Origin: Prevotella sp. UBA2850
Lineage (GTDB): Bacteria; Bacteroidota; Bacteroidia; Bacteroidales; Bacteroidaceae
Assembly (NCBI GenBank): GCA_002350805.1
Contig: DEFO01000012.1
Span: forward strand, 14,455-78,454
Length of the DNA: 64,000 nucleotides
Direction of reading: 5' to 3'
Part shown: positions 19,851-29,277 of the stretch, in pieces
How the letters are laid out: each line of letters starts with the position of its first letter
Position numbering within the stretch: position 1 is the first letter of the stretch
The notes under the pieces: generated by a model
The model's database searches: none
What the model saw: only the letters and a program-made list of their open reading frames with translations
Told to the model about the DNA's origin: nothing
Made by a program: the position numbers and the translations under genes

Positions 19851-20732
19851 ATGGCAATAGCAGGCAAACTCATCGGAGGCTTTCTCGGATTTATCACCGG
19901 CGGACCACTTGGTGCGCTGGCAGGGGTTATTTTCGGTTCTTTATTCGACTCACTAGCCGATGTCGTCAATACGCCCGAGTCTCGCCGATGGGAGGACAAC
20001 TACGAAGAGACGCATTCAGAGCGCCGTAACGCCCGTTCCCAATACGAGCAGTACCGCCAATACCAGCAACGGCAATACGAGCAGTACCGCCAGCGGCAAT
20101 ATGAGGGGCAACGCAACTCCTTCATTTTCTCGCTGCTCGTACTGGCGTCCTACATCATTCGCGCAGACGGCAAGATCATGCACTCGGAAATGGAATTCGT
20201 GCGCCAGTTCTTGCGTACCAATTTCGGTGAGGAAGGCGCCTTGGAGGGCGAGCAGATCCTGCGCAAGCTCTTCGACGAGCAGAAGCGCCAGAACGCCCAG
20301 AACCCCTATGCTTTCAGGAACACCATCCGGCAGAGCTGCAAGCAGATAGCCCAGAACATGGACTACAGCCAGCGCCTCCAGCTGCTCAATTTCCTGGTGC
20401 TCATCGCCCAGGCCGACGGCCATGTGGCCACCGAGGAAATCAACGCGCTGAAGGAGGTCACCCAGTACCTGCAGATGTCGCAAGAAGACCTTGAGTCGAT
20501 GCTCAACCTGCGCAACGCCTCCAAGGGCTCGCTCGAAGATGCCTACAAGGTGTTGGGCATCAGCAAAGATGCCACCGACGATGAGGTGAAAGCCGCCTAC
20601 CGGAAGATGGCTCTCAAGCACCACCCCGACCGCGTGGCCACCTTGGGCGACGACGTGAAGAAAGCCGCTGAGAAGAAATTCAAGGAGATCAACGAGGCCA
20701 AAGAGCGCATCTACAAAGCACGAGGAATGTAG
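19851..20732 (+). CDS. djlA: DjlA-like co-chaperone (TM + TerB-like + J domain)
   Basis: [14 protein letters not shown] motifs, AYKVLG..HHPD J domain. Confidence 0.85.
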   Translation: MAIAGKLIGGFLGFITGGPLGALAGVIFGSLFDSLADVVNTPESRRWEDNYEETHSERRNARSQYEQYRQYQQRQYEQYRQRQYEGQRNSFIFSLLVLASYIIRADGKIMHSEMEFVRQFLRTNFGEEGALEGEQILRKLFDEQKRQNAQNPYAFRNTIRQSCKQIAQNMDYSQRLQLLNFLVLIAQADGHVATEEINALKEVTQYLQMSQEDLESMLNLRNASKGSLEDAYKVLGISKDATDDEVKAAYRKMALKHHPDRVATLGDDVKKAAEKKFKEINEAKERIYKARGM

Positions 20733-20800
20733 GCCAAACGCATCTAAAAATCCCGTGGAATGTAACCCAAACGCATCTACAAATCCCGTGGAATGTAGCC
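20724..20800. repeat. 33-bp tandem repeat (~2.3 units) starting in the last djlA codons
   Basis: GGAATGTA at 20724, 20757, 20790. Confidence 0.85.
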
Positions 20801-20877
20801 ACTCAGAATCCGGCAAACGAATAAAGCACCCACCGTTGAACAGAACACGACGAAAAGACACCGTTGAACAAAAGAAT

Positions 20878-21642
20878 ATGAAAAGACAAGTATATATCGA
20901 CGCCCACACCCACACCATTGCCTCGGGCCATGCCTACAGCAGCCTGCAGGAAATGGCCCAGGCCGCCGCTGAAAAGAACGTGAAGTACCTGGGCATCACC
21001 GAACACGGTCCGAGCATCGATGGCACCTGCCCCCTGCTCTATTTCAAAAACATGTTTGTCGTTCCCCGTCAGATGTATGGCGTGCGCCTGCTGATGGGCT
21101 GCGAGGTGAACATCCTCGACACCGAGGGCCATCTCGATCTCACCGACGACTATCTCGACCGCCTCGACATCGGCATCGCCGGCATCCACATCAAATGCTG
21201 GAAGGGCGGCACAAGAGAAGAGAACACGCGCGGCATGCTCCGGGTGATGCACCATCCCAAGATCCACATCATCAGCCATCCCGGCGACGGCACTGCCGAC
21301 CTCGACTTCGAACAGCTGGTGCTGGCATCGAAAGAGACCCACACGCTGCTCGAGGTCAACAACCACTCGCTGGCTCCCGAGCGCAAGAAGCAGATAGCCT
21401 GGGACAACAGCCGCTTGCTGCTGCGGCTCTGCAAACAACACCATGTGCCGCTCATCCTGGGCAGCGACGCCCACATCTCGTTCCAGATAGCCGACTACAG
21501 CCGCATCCTGCCGCTGCTCGACGAGATCGACTTCCCCGACGAACTGGTGATGAACTACTGGCCCGAGCGCTTCTTCAGATATCTGTCGCTGACCGGCAGC
21601 GAAGAAAGCGGAGAACGGAGAGCTGAGAACGGAGAGGTATGA
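20878..21642 (+). CDS. PHP-family phosphatase (YcdX-like)
   Basis: DAHTHT, ITEHGP, SHP, LEVN, GSDAH; start ATG 20878. Confidence 0.9.
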   Translation: MKRQVYIDAHTHTIASGHAYSSLQEMAQAAAEKNVKYLGITEHGPSIDGTCPLLYFKNMFVVPRQMYGVRLLMGCEVNILDTEGHLDLTDDYLDRLDIGIAGIHIKCWKGGTREENTRGMLRVMHHPKIHIISHPGDGTADLDFEQLVLASKETHTLLEVNNHSLAPERKKQIAWDNSRLLLRLCKQHHVPLILGSDAHISFQIADYSRILPLLDEIDFPDELVMNYWPERFFRYLSLTGSEESGERRAENGEV

Positions 21643-21737
21643 TTACCTTTGGTATTGTCCAAACTCCCAAACTCCCAAACTCCCAAATGGGGCAAGGCAG
21701 GTCTCTCCCCCTGGGGGAGTTGGTGGGGGGGTCTCCC
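21610..21737. repeat. Composite element: heptamer array, GTATGATTACC core, AACTCCCA octamers, GC palindrome
   Basis: 21610-21659 is the reverse complement of 25975-26024 (48/50); CTCCCCCTGGGGGAG palindrome follows. Confidence 0.85.
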
Positions 21738-21764
21738 TTTCAAACTTCAACCAAATCCATTTCT

Positions 21765-22235
21765 ATGAACACCCAACAACAAGAAACCATTGAGCGGCTG
21801 CTCGGCCAGCCTTACTGCCTCGTCGACATCCTGCCCTACCGCGTGCCTGCCGACAGCAAAGGCCAGTATTTCGAGGTGGAACAATACTTCCTGCAACCCA
21901 CTCAGACGGCCGTTCTCAGCCAGAAGTTCGCCCACATGCTGCTCCGGCTGAACTGCTATCTGCAGATGGATGTCGTACAGTTTCCCGGGGAGACCAGCGT
22001 CACCAATCCCCCTCCAGCACAGCTCCGGACATGGCTCTCCGACTGTCTGTCGGCCCGTCATCCCGCCATCCAGACACTCTTTGTGCTCATTCCCGAGACC
22101 GAGTCGATGTTTTCCATCTGTCAAGAAGATACCTATATGACTCTCTACAACCCCTCCCCCTCTCTGCAACGCCTCGCCAGCCAACTGGCCCAGGCCGAAG
22201 GACTCTTCCTGTGGAGCCCGGCAGACGGAGAGTAA
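21765..22235 (+). CDS. Hypothetical protein
   Basis: Host-like codon usage from ATG 21765 (VDILPYRVP, QYFEVEQYF, DTYMTLYNP). Confidence 0.7.
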   Translation: MNTQQQETIERLLGQPYCLVDILPYRVPADSKGQYFEVEQYFLQPTQTAVLSQKFAHMLLRLNCYLQMDVVQFPGETSVTNPPPAQLRTWLSDCLSARHPAIQTLFVLIPETESMFSICQEDTYMTLYNPSPSLQRLASQLAQAEGLFLWSPADGE

Positions 22236-22256
22236 CCCCTCAAAAAACCTTCCACT

Positions 22257-22883
22257 ATGCATCAACCTATCGATATCAACACCTGGGAGCGCCGCGAAAT
22301 CTACCAGCATTTCTCGCGCATGAAGACACCCCACTATGCCGTAGCCGGCAACATCGATGTCACCCCGCTGCTCGCCTACAAGCGCAAGCACCACCTCTCG
22401 TTCTATCTCTCGCTCATCTATCTGGCCACCAAGTGCCTCAACGACATCGAGAATTTCCGCTACCGCATCATCGACGCCCAGGTAGTGCTCTGCGACCGCA
22501 TCCACACCAATTTCACCCACAAGCGCCCCGACGAAGGCCTCTTCCGCTTCTACACCTCGCCGTTCGTCGGCACCCTACCCGAATACGTGCGGTGCACCGC
22601 CGAGGGCATGGCCTCTCAGACCACCTTCTTCGGCGGCATGGACCCCATCCCCAATGTCGCCTACCTCTCGTGTGCGCCCCATGTAGATGCCACCTGCATC
22701 ACCAATCCGGGCATCGACGACCCCGACGACGCCATTCCCCGCATCAACTGGGGCAAATACGTGCTGCGCGACGGCCGTTGGATGCTCAATGTCACCCTCA
22801 CCGCCAACCATCGTTTCATCGACGGCTATCACGTCGGCCTCTTCTTCGAGCAGCTGCAGCAGGAGATCGACCGGCTCGGCTGA
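22257..22883 (+). CDS. CatA-like O-acetyltransferase (chloramphenicol acetyltransferase fold)
   Basis: IDINTWERRE, IPRINWGK, catalytic HRFIDGYH (HxxxDG). Confidence 0.85.
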   Translation: MHQPIDINTWERREIYQHFSRMKTPHYAVAGNIDVTPLLAYKRKHHLSFYLSLIYLATKCLNDIENFRYRIIDAQVVLCDRIHTNFTHKRPDEGLFRFYTSPFVGTLPEYVRCTAEGMASQTTFFGGMDPIPNVAYLSCAPHVDATCITNPGIDDPDDAIPRINWGKYVLRDGRWMLNVTLTANHRFIDGYHVGLFFEQLQQEIDRLG

Positions 22884-22902
22884 TCCCCCCCGCAGCCTCC
22901 GC

Positions 22903-23475
22903 TCATTCCACCTTCCGTTGCAGATGATGCATTGGATGGCTGCCCCACTCTGCATCGTTCACATACTCAAAGCCCACGCGGCGGTACAGCCGTTCAGCAT
23001 CCGGATTGCCGGCATCCACCAGCAAGCCCACGGCAGGCAGTCCCATCCGCTTGGCCTTGGCTGCCGCACTCAGCAGCAATGCGCTGGCCACGCCCTGCAG
23101 CCTGTCACGCTCCTCCACCGCCAGGCTGTCGGCATACAGCTCGCCGGCCTGTGTCTCGTCGTCCATGCCGCTGTAGTCGATGCCGAAGGCCACCCGTGCG
23201 GCCTCCACGAAGGCCCGCCGCAACTCGTGCAGGCGCCCCCCGTCGTAGGTCACGCAGATGCCCATCAGCCTTCCGTCGTCGTCCACGGCCACCTCCGTAT
23301 TCCGGTAGCTGTACTGCGAGTCGTCGCGCTCCACGAGCTCCGTCATCACCCTGTGGAAATCGTCCAGCGTGTGGTCGGGCCCCGCGAAATACTGGCAGCA
23401 GTCGTGGTTCATGGCCAACATAATAAGCCGCGCAATCTGCGCGGCTTGTTCCTTTCTTGCGTTTTCTATTCTCAT
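22903..23475 (-). CDS. GNAT acetyltransferase
   Basis: DSLAV..RLQGVASALL, NPDAERLYRRVGF. Confidence 0.88.
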   Translation of the reverse strand: MRIENARKEQAAQIARLIMLAMNHDCCQYFAGPDHTLDDFHRVMTELVERDDSQYSYRNTEVAVDDDGRLMGICVTYDGGRLHELRRAFVEAARVAFGIDYSGMDDETQAGELYADSLAVEERDRLQGVASALLLSAAAKAKRMGLPAVGLLVDAGNPDAERLYRRVGFEYVNDAEWGSHPMHHLQRKVE

Positions 23476-24915
23476 TTACTCATCGTAAGTGTCCAGATAG
23501 GTCACGTGCGTCACGAGATACTCCTCGACGCCATGCTTACCGTCGGCACCGCCGATACCACTCTTCTTCACACCGGCGTGGAATCCCTGGATGGCCTCGA
23601 AGTGCTCGCGGTTGATATAGGTCTCGCCAAACTCCAGCTCGCGGCAGGCCTTGGTGGCAATGTTCAGGTCCTTCGTGAAGATCGACGAAGCCAGTCCGTA
23701 CTCACAGTCGTTGGCATAGGCAATCACCTGGTCGATGGTCTCAAACTCCACGAGCGGAATCACCGGACCGAAGGTCTCCTCGTGAATGATATCCATGTCC
23801 TGTGTGCAGTTGTCCAGCACGGTGGCGGCATAGAAGTAGCCCTTCTCGCCCACGCGGTGTCCGCCGCACAGCAGTTTGGCACCCTGCTTGATGGCGCGCT
23901 CCACCTTCTCGGTGACGCTCTCCAGGGCGCGAGCCTCCACCAGCGGACCCATGTCTACGGTCTCGTCGGCACACGGGTCGCCCACCTTCACGGCAGCCAT
24001 CTTGTCGACCAGTATCTTCGTGAATGCCTCTTTCACCTCCTTCTGCACGTACACGCGCTCGGCGTTGTTGCAAATCTGTCCGTTGTTGCCGATACGCGAG
24101 TCTACAATCCACTGTGCAGCCTTCTCCAGGTCGGCGTCCTTGCAGACGATGGCAGGCGCCTTACCGCCCAGCTCGAGGCTCACCTTGGTGATGTTCTTCG
24201 CAGCGGCAGCCATGATGCTCTCACCGGCGCCCACGCTACCCGTCACGCTCACGATGTCGATCTTCGGACTGCCAGCCATCTCGTTGCCGATCACCGAGCC
24301 GCGACCCGTCACGATGTTAATCACACCGGCGGGCAGACCGCACTCGTCCACCACCTTGGCAAACTCGGTGCAGTTCTCAGGCGTTATCTGGCTGGGCTTG
24401 ATCACGATGGTACATCCGGCTATCAGGGCAGCACCGGCCTTACGGGCGATGAGGAAGAACGGGAAGTTCCAGGGCAGGATGCCAGCCACCACGCCGATGG
24501 GTTTCTTCGTCAGCAGGATGGTCTCGTTGGGACGGTCGCTGGGAATAATTTCGCCCTCGATGTGGCGGGCGAACGTAGCCATATATTCGAAATAGCTGAT
24601 GGTAGCACCCACCTCAATGCTGGCCCAGTTGCGGGTCTTACCCTGCTCGCGCATAATAATCTCGGTGAACTCGTTCTCGCGGGCTTTAATGCCGGCGGCA
24701 ATCTTCAGCAGATAGCCGGCGCGCTCGATGGCAGGCGTCTTCGCCCAAGCCTTCTGGGCAGCCCTGGCAGCGTCCAGAGCCTCGTTCACATCCTCAATGG
24801 TTCCCTCGGGCTGGCGGCTGATCACCTCCTCCGTCGATGGGTTCAACACGTCAATCCACTTTCCCGAACGGCTTTCACAGAATTTGCCGTTGATGTACAT
24901 CTTCAGATCTTTCAT
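23476..24915 (-). CDS. aldA: Aldehyde dehydrogenase (AldA-like)
   Basis: PWNFP, TGS, LELGGK, NGQIC, EETFGP; start ATG 24915. Confidence 0.9.
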   Translation of the reverse strand: MKDLKMYINGKFCESRSGKWIDVLNPSTEEVISRQPEGTIEDVNEALDAARAAQKAWAKTPAIERAGYLLKIAAGIKARENEFTEIIMREQGKTRNWASIEVGATISYFEYMATFARHIEGEIIPSDRPNETILLTKKPIGVVAGILPWNFPFFLIARKAGAALIAGCTIVIKPSQITPENCTEFAKVVDECGLPAGVINIVTGRGSVIGNEMAGSPKIDIVSVTGSVGAGESIMAAAAKNITKVSLELGGKAPAIVCKDADLEKAAQWIVDSRIGNNGQICNNAERVYVQKEVKEAFTKILVDKMAAVKVGDPCADETVDMGPLVEARALESVTEKVERAIKQGAKLLCGGHRVGEKGYFYAATVLDNCTQDMDIIHEETFGPVIPLVEFETIDQVIAYANDCEYGLASSIFTKDLNIATKACRELEFGETYINREHFEAIQGFHAGVKKSGIGGADGKHGVEEYLVTHVTYLDTYDE

Positions 24916-24966
24916 AGTTGTTTCGTTTTTATGTGAATAATAGATGGTTTGATGGCAAATATACAC

Positions 24967-25005
24967 AAAAAAAACGAATCTGCAAGTTGCAGATTCGTCT
25001 TTTTT
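24967..25005. terminator. Intrinsic terminator hairpin flanked by A and T runs
   Basis: A-run-ACGAATCTGCAA G TTGCAGATTCGT-T-run. Confidence 0.75.
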
Positions 25006-25042
25006 CCAATATAATCAAATCTTCAAGTGAATTGTCAAAAAA

Positions 25043-25879
25043 CTAGGCCTCCATCACGTCGTCGTCCTCATCCTTCTTTCTGCGGATGGAACGCTTGCGC
25101 TTAGGCTTGTCGTCCGTGGGAGCTTCAATCTTCACGCCGGCCAGCTCGGGGTCGATCATGATACGGCCGCAATACTCGCAGACGATAATCTTCTTGTGCA
25201 TCTTGATGTCCAGCTGACGCTGAGGCGGAATCTTGTTGAAGCAGCCACCGCAGGCGTCGCGCTGCACGTAGACGATGCCCAGACCGTTGCGGGCATTCTT
25301 GCGGATGCGCTTAAACGAGGCCAGCAGTCGAGGTTCAATCTTCACCTCCAGTTCCCTGGCGCGCTCCTTCAGCTTCTCCTCCTCGGTGCGAGTCTCGTCC
25401 ATGATCTCGTCCAGCTCCTCCTTCTTCTCGTTCAGGGCCACCCGGCGGTCCTCAATCAAGGCTTTCGTCTGCTCCATGTCGTGGTTTCTCTCCTCCATTC
25501 TCACCTGAGCCTCACGAATCTTCTTGTTGCACAGTTCAATTTCCAACTCCTGGAACTCAATCTCCTTGGTCAGCGTGTCGTACTCGCGGTTGTTCTTCAC
25601 CTCGTCCAGCTGCACCTTATAGCGCTCCACGCTGGCCTTAGCCTTCTCAATCTCGCCCTTTTTCATCACGACAGCATCCTGGAACTCAGCAATCTCGTTT
25701 TGGATTTTCTCCACACGAGTCATCAGGCCCGCAATCTCGTCTTCCAGGTCCTGCACCTCCAGGGGCAGTTCGCCGCGCAGTGCGCGTTTCTCGTCGATGC
25801 CCGAGAGAGTAGTCTGCAACTGATAAAGCGTTTTCAGCTTCTCTTCTACTGATAAATCGGTAGGATCTTTCTTTGCCAT
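25043..25879 (-). CDS. Coiled-coil C4 zinc-ribbon protein (CT398/DUF164-like)
   Basis: Long coiled coil, CGGC...CEYCGRI; downstream of Nif3. Confidence 0.9.
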   Translation of the reverse strand: MAKKDPTDLSVEEKLKTLYQLQTTLSGIDEKRALRGELPLEVQDLEDEIAGLMTRVEKIQNEIAEFQDAVVMKKGEIEKAKASVERYKVQLDEVKNNREYDTLTKEIEFQELEIELCNKKIREAQVRMEERNHDMEQTKALIEDRRVALNEKKEELDEIMDETRTEEEKLKERARELEVKIEPRLLASFKRIRKNARNGLGIVYVQRDACGGCFNKIPPQRQLDIKMHKKIIVCEYCGRIMIDPELAGVKIEAPTDDKPKRKRSIRRKKDEDDDVMEA

Positions 25880-25923
25880 AATCTTTCGTTTATTTGGTTA
25901 TTATTAATGGATGTTGTATTCTC

Positions 25924-26075
25924 TAGGAGTGTAGATTTTTTAGGAGTGTAGGAGTGTGGGAGTGTAGGAGTGTAGACAATACCAAAGGTAATCATACCTC
26001 TCCGTTCTCAGCTCTCAGTTCTCAACTCGAAAGGTAATCATACCTCTCCGTTCTCAGCTCTCAGTTCGCAACTCG
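25924..26075. repeat. Octamer array, GGTAATCATAC core and heptamer array, with a 46-bp duplication
   Basis: (TAGGAGTG)n then GGTAATCATAC at 25987 and 26033. Confidence 0.88.
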
Positions 26076-26080
26076 TTTTG

Positions 26081-26200
26081 GGAGCTAGTCCAAGTGATAA
26101 GTGACAAGTGATAAGTGATAAGTGTGATTACCACTCCAGCCTGTTCTCCATCTTCAGGGGTAACCGGTTCCTCCCCTATAGGGGAGGTTAGGAGGGGTCT
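26081..26200. repeat. 120-bp dispersed element, copy 1
   Basis: 115/120 identical to 37721-37840; contains (AAGTGAH)n, GTGTGATTACC and CCTCCCCTATAGGGGAGG. Confidence 0.95.
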
Positions 26201-26992
26201 TTACCAACACCTTATCGGGTTCGTGCAGATCTCGGTCATGCAGCAGCGCACGCCCGGGCACTCCCGTTCGATAATCTCGCGGAATATCTCGCCCGTAAAC
26301 TGCTCACTCTGGTAGTGTCCGATGACACATATCTGAATCCTCTGCTCCTGGTCGAAGAACTCATGATAGTGCATCTCGCCCGTCACGAAGGCATCGGCGC
26401 CCGCCCTCACGGCATCGGCGAGCAGGAACGAGCCCGCGCCGCCGCAGAGTGCCACCTTGCCTACCGGTCTGCGCAGCAGTTCGTTCGTCTGCACACACTC
26501 CACGCCGAACACCCTTTTCAGCATCCCAATGAAGTCTTCCGCCGCCATCGGCACGGGCAGCGAGCCCATCACGCCGCTGGCACCGTCCACGCCGTCCACC
26601 GTCCTCGCTTCCACCAGGAAGTCCACGTCGCGCAGCCCCATCTTCTCTGCCATCTTGAAGTTCACGCCGCCCCGCGCATTATCCATGTTCGTATGCATCG
26701 ACACGATAGCCACATGCTGTTCAATGGCTTTGAACACGATGCGTTGCACGAAGTTCTCGTCCGTGATGTGTGCGAGCTTATGGAATATCAGCGGGTGGTG
26801 GCTCACAATCAGGTTGCAGCCCTTCTCCACGGCCTCGTCGACGATCCTTTCCGTCACGTCAAGACACAACAATGCCCCTGAGCACTCCCACGCATCTGTC
26901 AGTCCCAGTTGCAGGCCGGCATTGTCAAAACCCTCCTGCAAGGGCAGAGGCGCGAATCGTTCAAGGGCAGCAATTACCTCTTTTATTTTCAC
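26201..26992 (-). CDS. Nif3-like dinuclear metal protein
   Basis: DNAGLQ, SHHPLIF, HTNMD, TGEMHYH, GHYQSE; GTG start 26992. Confidence 0.92.
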   Translation of the reverse strand: MKIKEVIAALERFAPLPLQEGFDNAGLQLGLTDAWECSGALLCLDVTERIVDEAVEKGCNLIVSHHPLIFHKLAHITDENFVQRIVFKAIEQHVAIVSMHTNMDNARGGVNFKMAEKMGLRDVDFLVEARTVDGVDGASGVMGSLPVPMAAEDFIGMLKRVFGVECVQTNELLRRPVGKVALCGGAGSFLLADAVRAGADAFVTGEMHYHEFFDQEQRIQICVIGHYQSEQFTGEIFREIIERECPGVRCCMTEICTNPIRCW

Positions 26993-27149
26993 GCTAAAAT
27001 GTTTTTGAACTGCAAAGGTAATCATTTTCAGCCAATTAGCCAAACATCCTGCCGAAAAACCCTTCTTTTTATGCTTTTTTACGGGTTATGAAGCCCATCA
27101 TGTTCGTTCGTATGCCACAGCAGCTGCCACTAGGCAGCCCACCGTGGGG

Positions 27150-27197
27150 GCTTGAAAAATGCAAAAAATAGCCCCTATTTTTTTGCATTTTTCAAGC
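27150..27197. terminator. ~22-bp AT-rich inverted repeat downstream of the nuclease operon
   Basis: GCTTGAAAAATGCAAAAAATAG / CTATTTTTTTGCATTTTTCAAGC. Confidence 0.65.
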
Positions 27198-27245
27198 TGG
27201 CGGGCCTTATCGGGGGTGGGGCTGTGCTATCTCCGCAGCTCTCGC

Positions 27246-28130
27246 CTACCACTTGCTGAGTTCGGCCTTGGCCTCTACCCTGTTCTCGATGTCGTCGTCG
27301 AGGGCTGGGAAGAAATCGATGCCAGTGAGGCGCTCTATCTCGTCGACCGTATGCACGGCGTCGGCCAGATGCTGCTTTCTCCCCTCATTGCGGTAGATGA
27401 AGCCGATGGCCTTGGGCTGTCCCTGGCGGCAGAGCACGACCTTGAAGAAGGCATCGGGCACCCATACGCGGTTCTTGCCGACGGTCTTCTGCTCGCCCTG
27501 GCCATAGTAGATGGGACCGCAGACGATGTCGACGGCTCCGTACTGACGGGCCCAGTCGCGGCACATGATCTCGAGGTCGTTCCACTCGTATTTGTTCAGC
27601 CCGTGGTTCTGCGGACAGATATTGGTGAAGAGGAAGGTCTGGTTCATGGCCTGCTCGTCCCATTTGTTGTCTCCGGCGGGGCACATGTGGCCGCGGTCGT
27701 AGCGCGAGTTGTAGTAGTCCCAGTCGGTGGCGCGCGGTGCGGCGACCTGCTCATCCTCGTGGAACACTTCCTTGGAGCGCTGGTGGGAGCCGTAGGTGTG
27801 GCTCTTGGTGAGGTGCCACGCCACCCAGTTGGGGTTCTTGGTGGTGGAGTTGTAGGAGGTGGTGTAGGCCTTGCGTCGCAGTATTCTCTCGGGCCGGTCG
27901 TTGAGGGGTGCGGGCAGTTCCATCATCTTGATGGCGGGCTTCCGGTCGGCAGCGTTCTGGCTGTCGGCGGTGGCGGGCTGCTGGCGGGCATCGGCCTTGT
28001 TGGTAGTTACTGTGGAACGATAGAACGTGTCGGGCGCGGCGGCTGGTCCGTCGGCTCCGTTTTTCGGGGCATCCTTGCAGGCTGTGAGCACGCAAAGGGC
28101 CATTGCGAAGAGGATTAGTTTTTTCATCAT
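27246..28130 (-). CDS. Lipoprotein DNA/RNA non-specific endonuclease (NucA/EndoG family)
   Basis: Lipobox LTAC; DRGHM, TNICPQ, LN..W..LE. Confidence 0.92.
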   Translation of the reverse strand: MMKKLILFAMALCVLTACKDAPKNGADGPAAAPDTFYRSTVTTNKADARQQPATADSQNAADRKPAIKMMELPAPLNDRPERILRRKAYTTSYNSTTKNPNWVAWHLTKSHTYGSHQRSKEVFHEDEQVAAPRATDWDYYNSRYDRGHMCPAGDNKWDEQAMNQTFLFTNICPQNHGLNKYEWNDLEIMCRDWARQYGAVDIVCGPIYYGQGEQKTVGKNRVWVPDAFFKVVLCRQGQPKAIGFIYRNEGRKQHLADAVHTVDEIERLTGIDFFPALDDDIENRVEAKAELSKW

Positions 28131-28193
28131 GCTGCAAAAATACAAACTTTCTGTCAGATAAGGAAGATTTTTGGGAATAATTGTTTTTGTTTT

Positions 28194-28667
28194 GCCCACA
28201 GATTACACAGATTTTCTCAGATTTTTTCTTAATTCTCAATTTACAAAGTCACACAGATCACACAGATTTACACAGATTTATATTTGACGACAACAATAAC
28301 AACAGGAACAACTTATCGGTCGGCGACCGATTCAGATCTGTGGCATCTGTGCGATCTGTGTGAAATATTAAACACAAATTGCCACGAATTGGCATAAATT
28401 ATTCACTAATTTTTTTGATAATTTGTGCGTAATTTTCGGGAATTAGTGTTAAATATTAAGGTATTGCCCACAGATTTTCACGGATTTATTATTCTCAATT
28501 TACAAAGTCACACAGATCACACGGATTTACACAGATTTATATTTGACGACAACAGGGACAACAGGAACAACTTATCGGTCGGCGACCGAATCATATCTGT
28601 GGCATCTGTGCGATCTGTGTGAAATATTAAACACAAATTGGCACAAATTGGCAAAAATAATTCACTA
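28194..28667. repeat. Two tandem ~260-270-bp units of inverted nonamer arrays with a central palindrome
   Basis: GCCCACAGATT at 28194 and 28466; TCGGTCGGCGACCGA in both; CACAGAT / ATCTGTG arms. Confidence 0.92.
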
Positions 28668-28760
28668 TTCACTTGTCACTTTTCACTTTTAACTATTCCC
28701 TTTTCACTTCTCACTTTTAACTTTTCACTATTCACTTTTAACTATTAACTATTCACTCTT
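28660..28760. repeat. Heptamer array (TTCACTT/TTAACTA variants)
   Basis: About 12 degenerate 7-mers; reverse complement of the AAGTGAA arrays. Confidence 0.85.
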
Positions 28761-29264
28761 ACTGGGCTCTTCTGGAATGATTTTGCGGGCGATCCAGGCG
28801 CAGGCTTCGGCGTCGGCGAGGGCGTGGTGGTGGTGCTCCAAGTGATAGCCGCAGAGGGCGGCGACGGTGTGCAGCTGGTGGTTGGGTGCATGGGGGAAGA
28901 CGCGGCGGGCGGCCTGGCAGGTGCAGTAGAAACGGTAGCCGGGATCGTCCATCTGATAGCAGCGCATGACGGCCCGCAGGCAGCCTTCGTCGAATGTCTT
29001 GTTGTGGGCGACGAGGGGCAGGCCTTCTATCAGGGGCTCTACCTGCCGCCACACCTCGGGGAAGACGGGGGCTTCGTCGGTGTCGGCACGGGTGAGGCCG
29101 TGCACGCGGGTGTTCCAATAGAGATAGTAGTTGGGCTCGGGCTGGATGAGGGAATAGAAGGAGTCGACGAACTCACCGTTGCGCACGACGACGACGCCGA
29201 CGCTGCACACGCTGGTGCGCTCGTTGTTGGCGGTCTCGAAGTCGATGGCGGCGAAATTGAGCAT
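28749..29264 (-). CDS. DEDDh 3'-5' exonuclease (DnaQ-like)
   Basis: AIDFET, AHN..FD, HHALADA; start ATG 29264. Confidence 0.92.
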   Translation of the reverse strand: MLNFAAIDFETANNERTSVCSVGVVVVRNGEFVDSFYSLIQPEPNYYLYWNTRVHGLTRADTDEAPVFPEVWRQVEPLIEGLPLVAHNKTFDEGCLRAVMRCYQMDDPGYRFYCTCQAARRVFPHAPNHQLHTVAALCGYHLEHHHHALADAEACAWIARKIIPEEPSKSE

Positions 29265-29277
29265 GGGCAGGGGCTGT

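Noticed and set aside
20724-20800. 33-bp repeats (also 19759-19826) as a CRISPR array
   Set aside because: Units are contiguous with no unique spacers, there are only 2-3 copies, and no cas genes are present.
22687-24936. 749-aa plus-strand ORF
   Set aside because: Antisense shadow of aldA and the GNAT gene with no recognisable motifs; the same applies to 29179-30576, 38248-39597 and other opposite-strand ORFs.
28181-28622. Two similar small ORFs as a peptide gene pair
   Set aside because: They are translations of the nonamer repeat units with non-ATG starts; the palindromic DNA structure explains the similarity.
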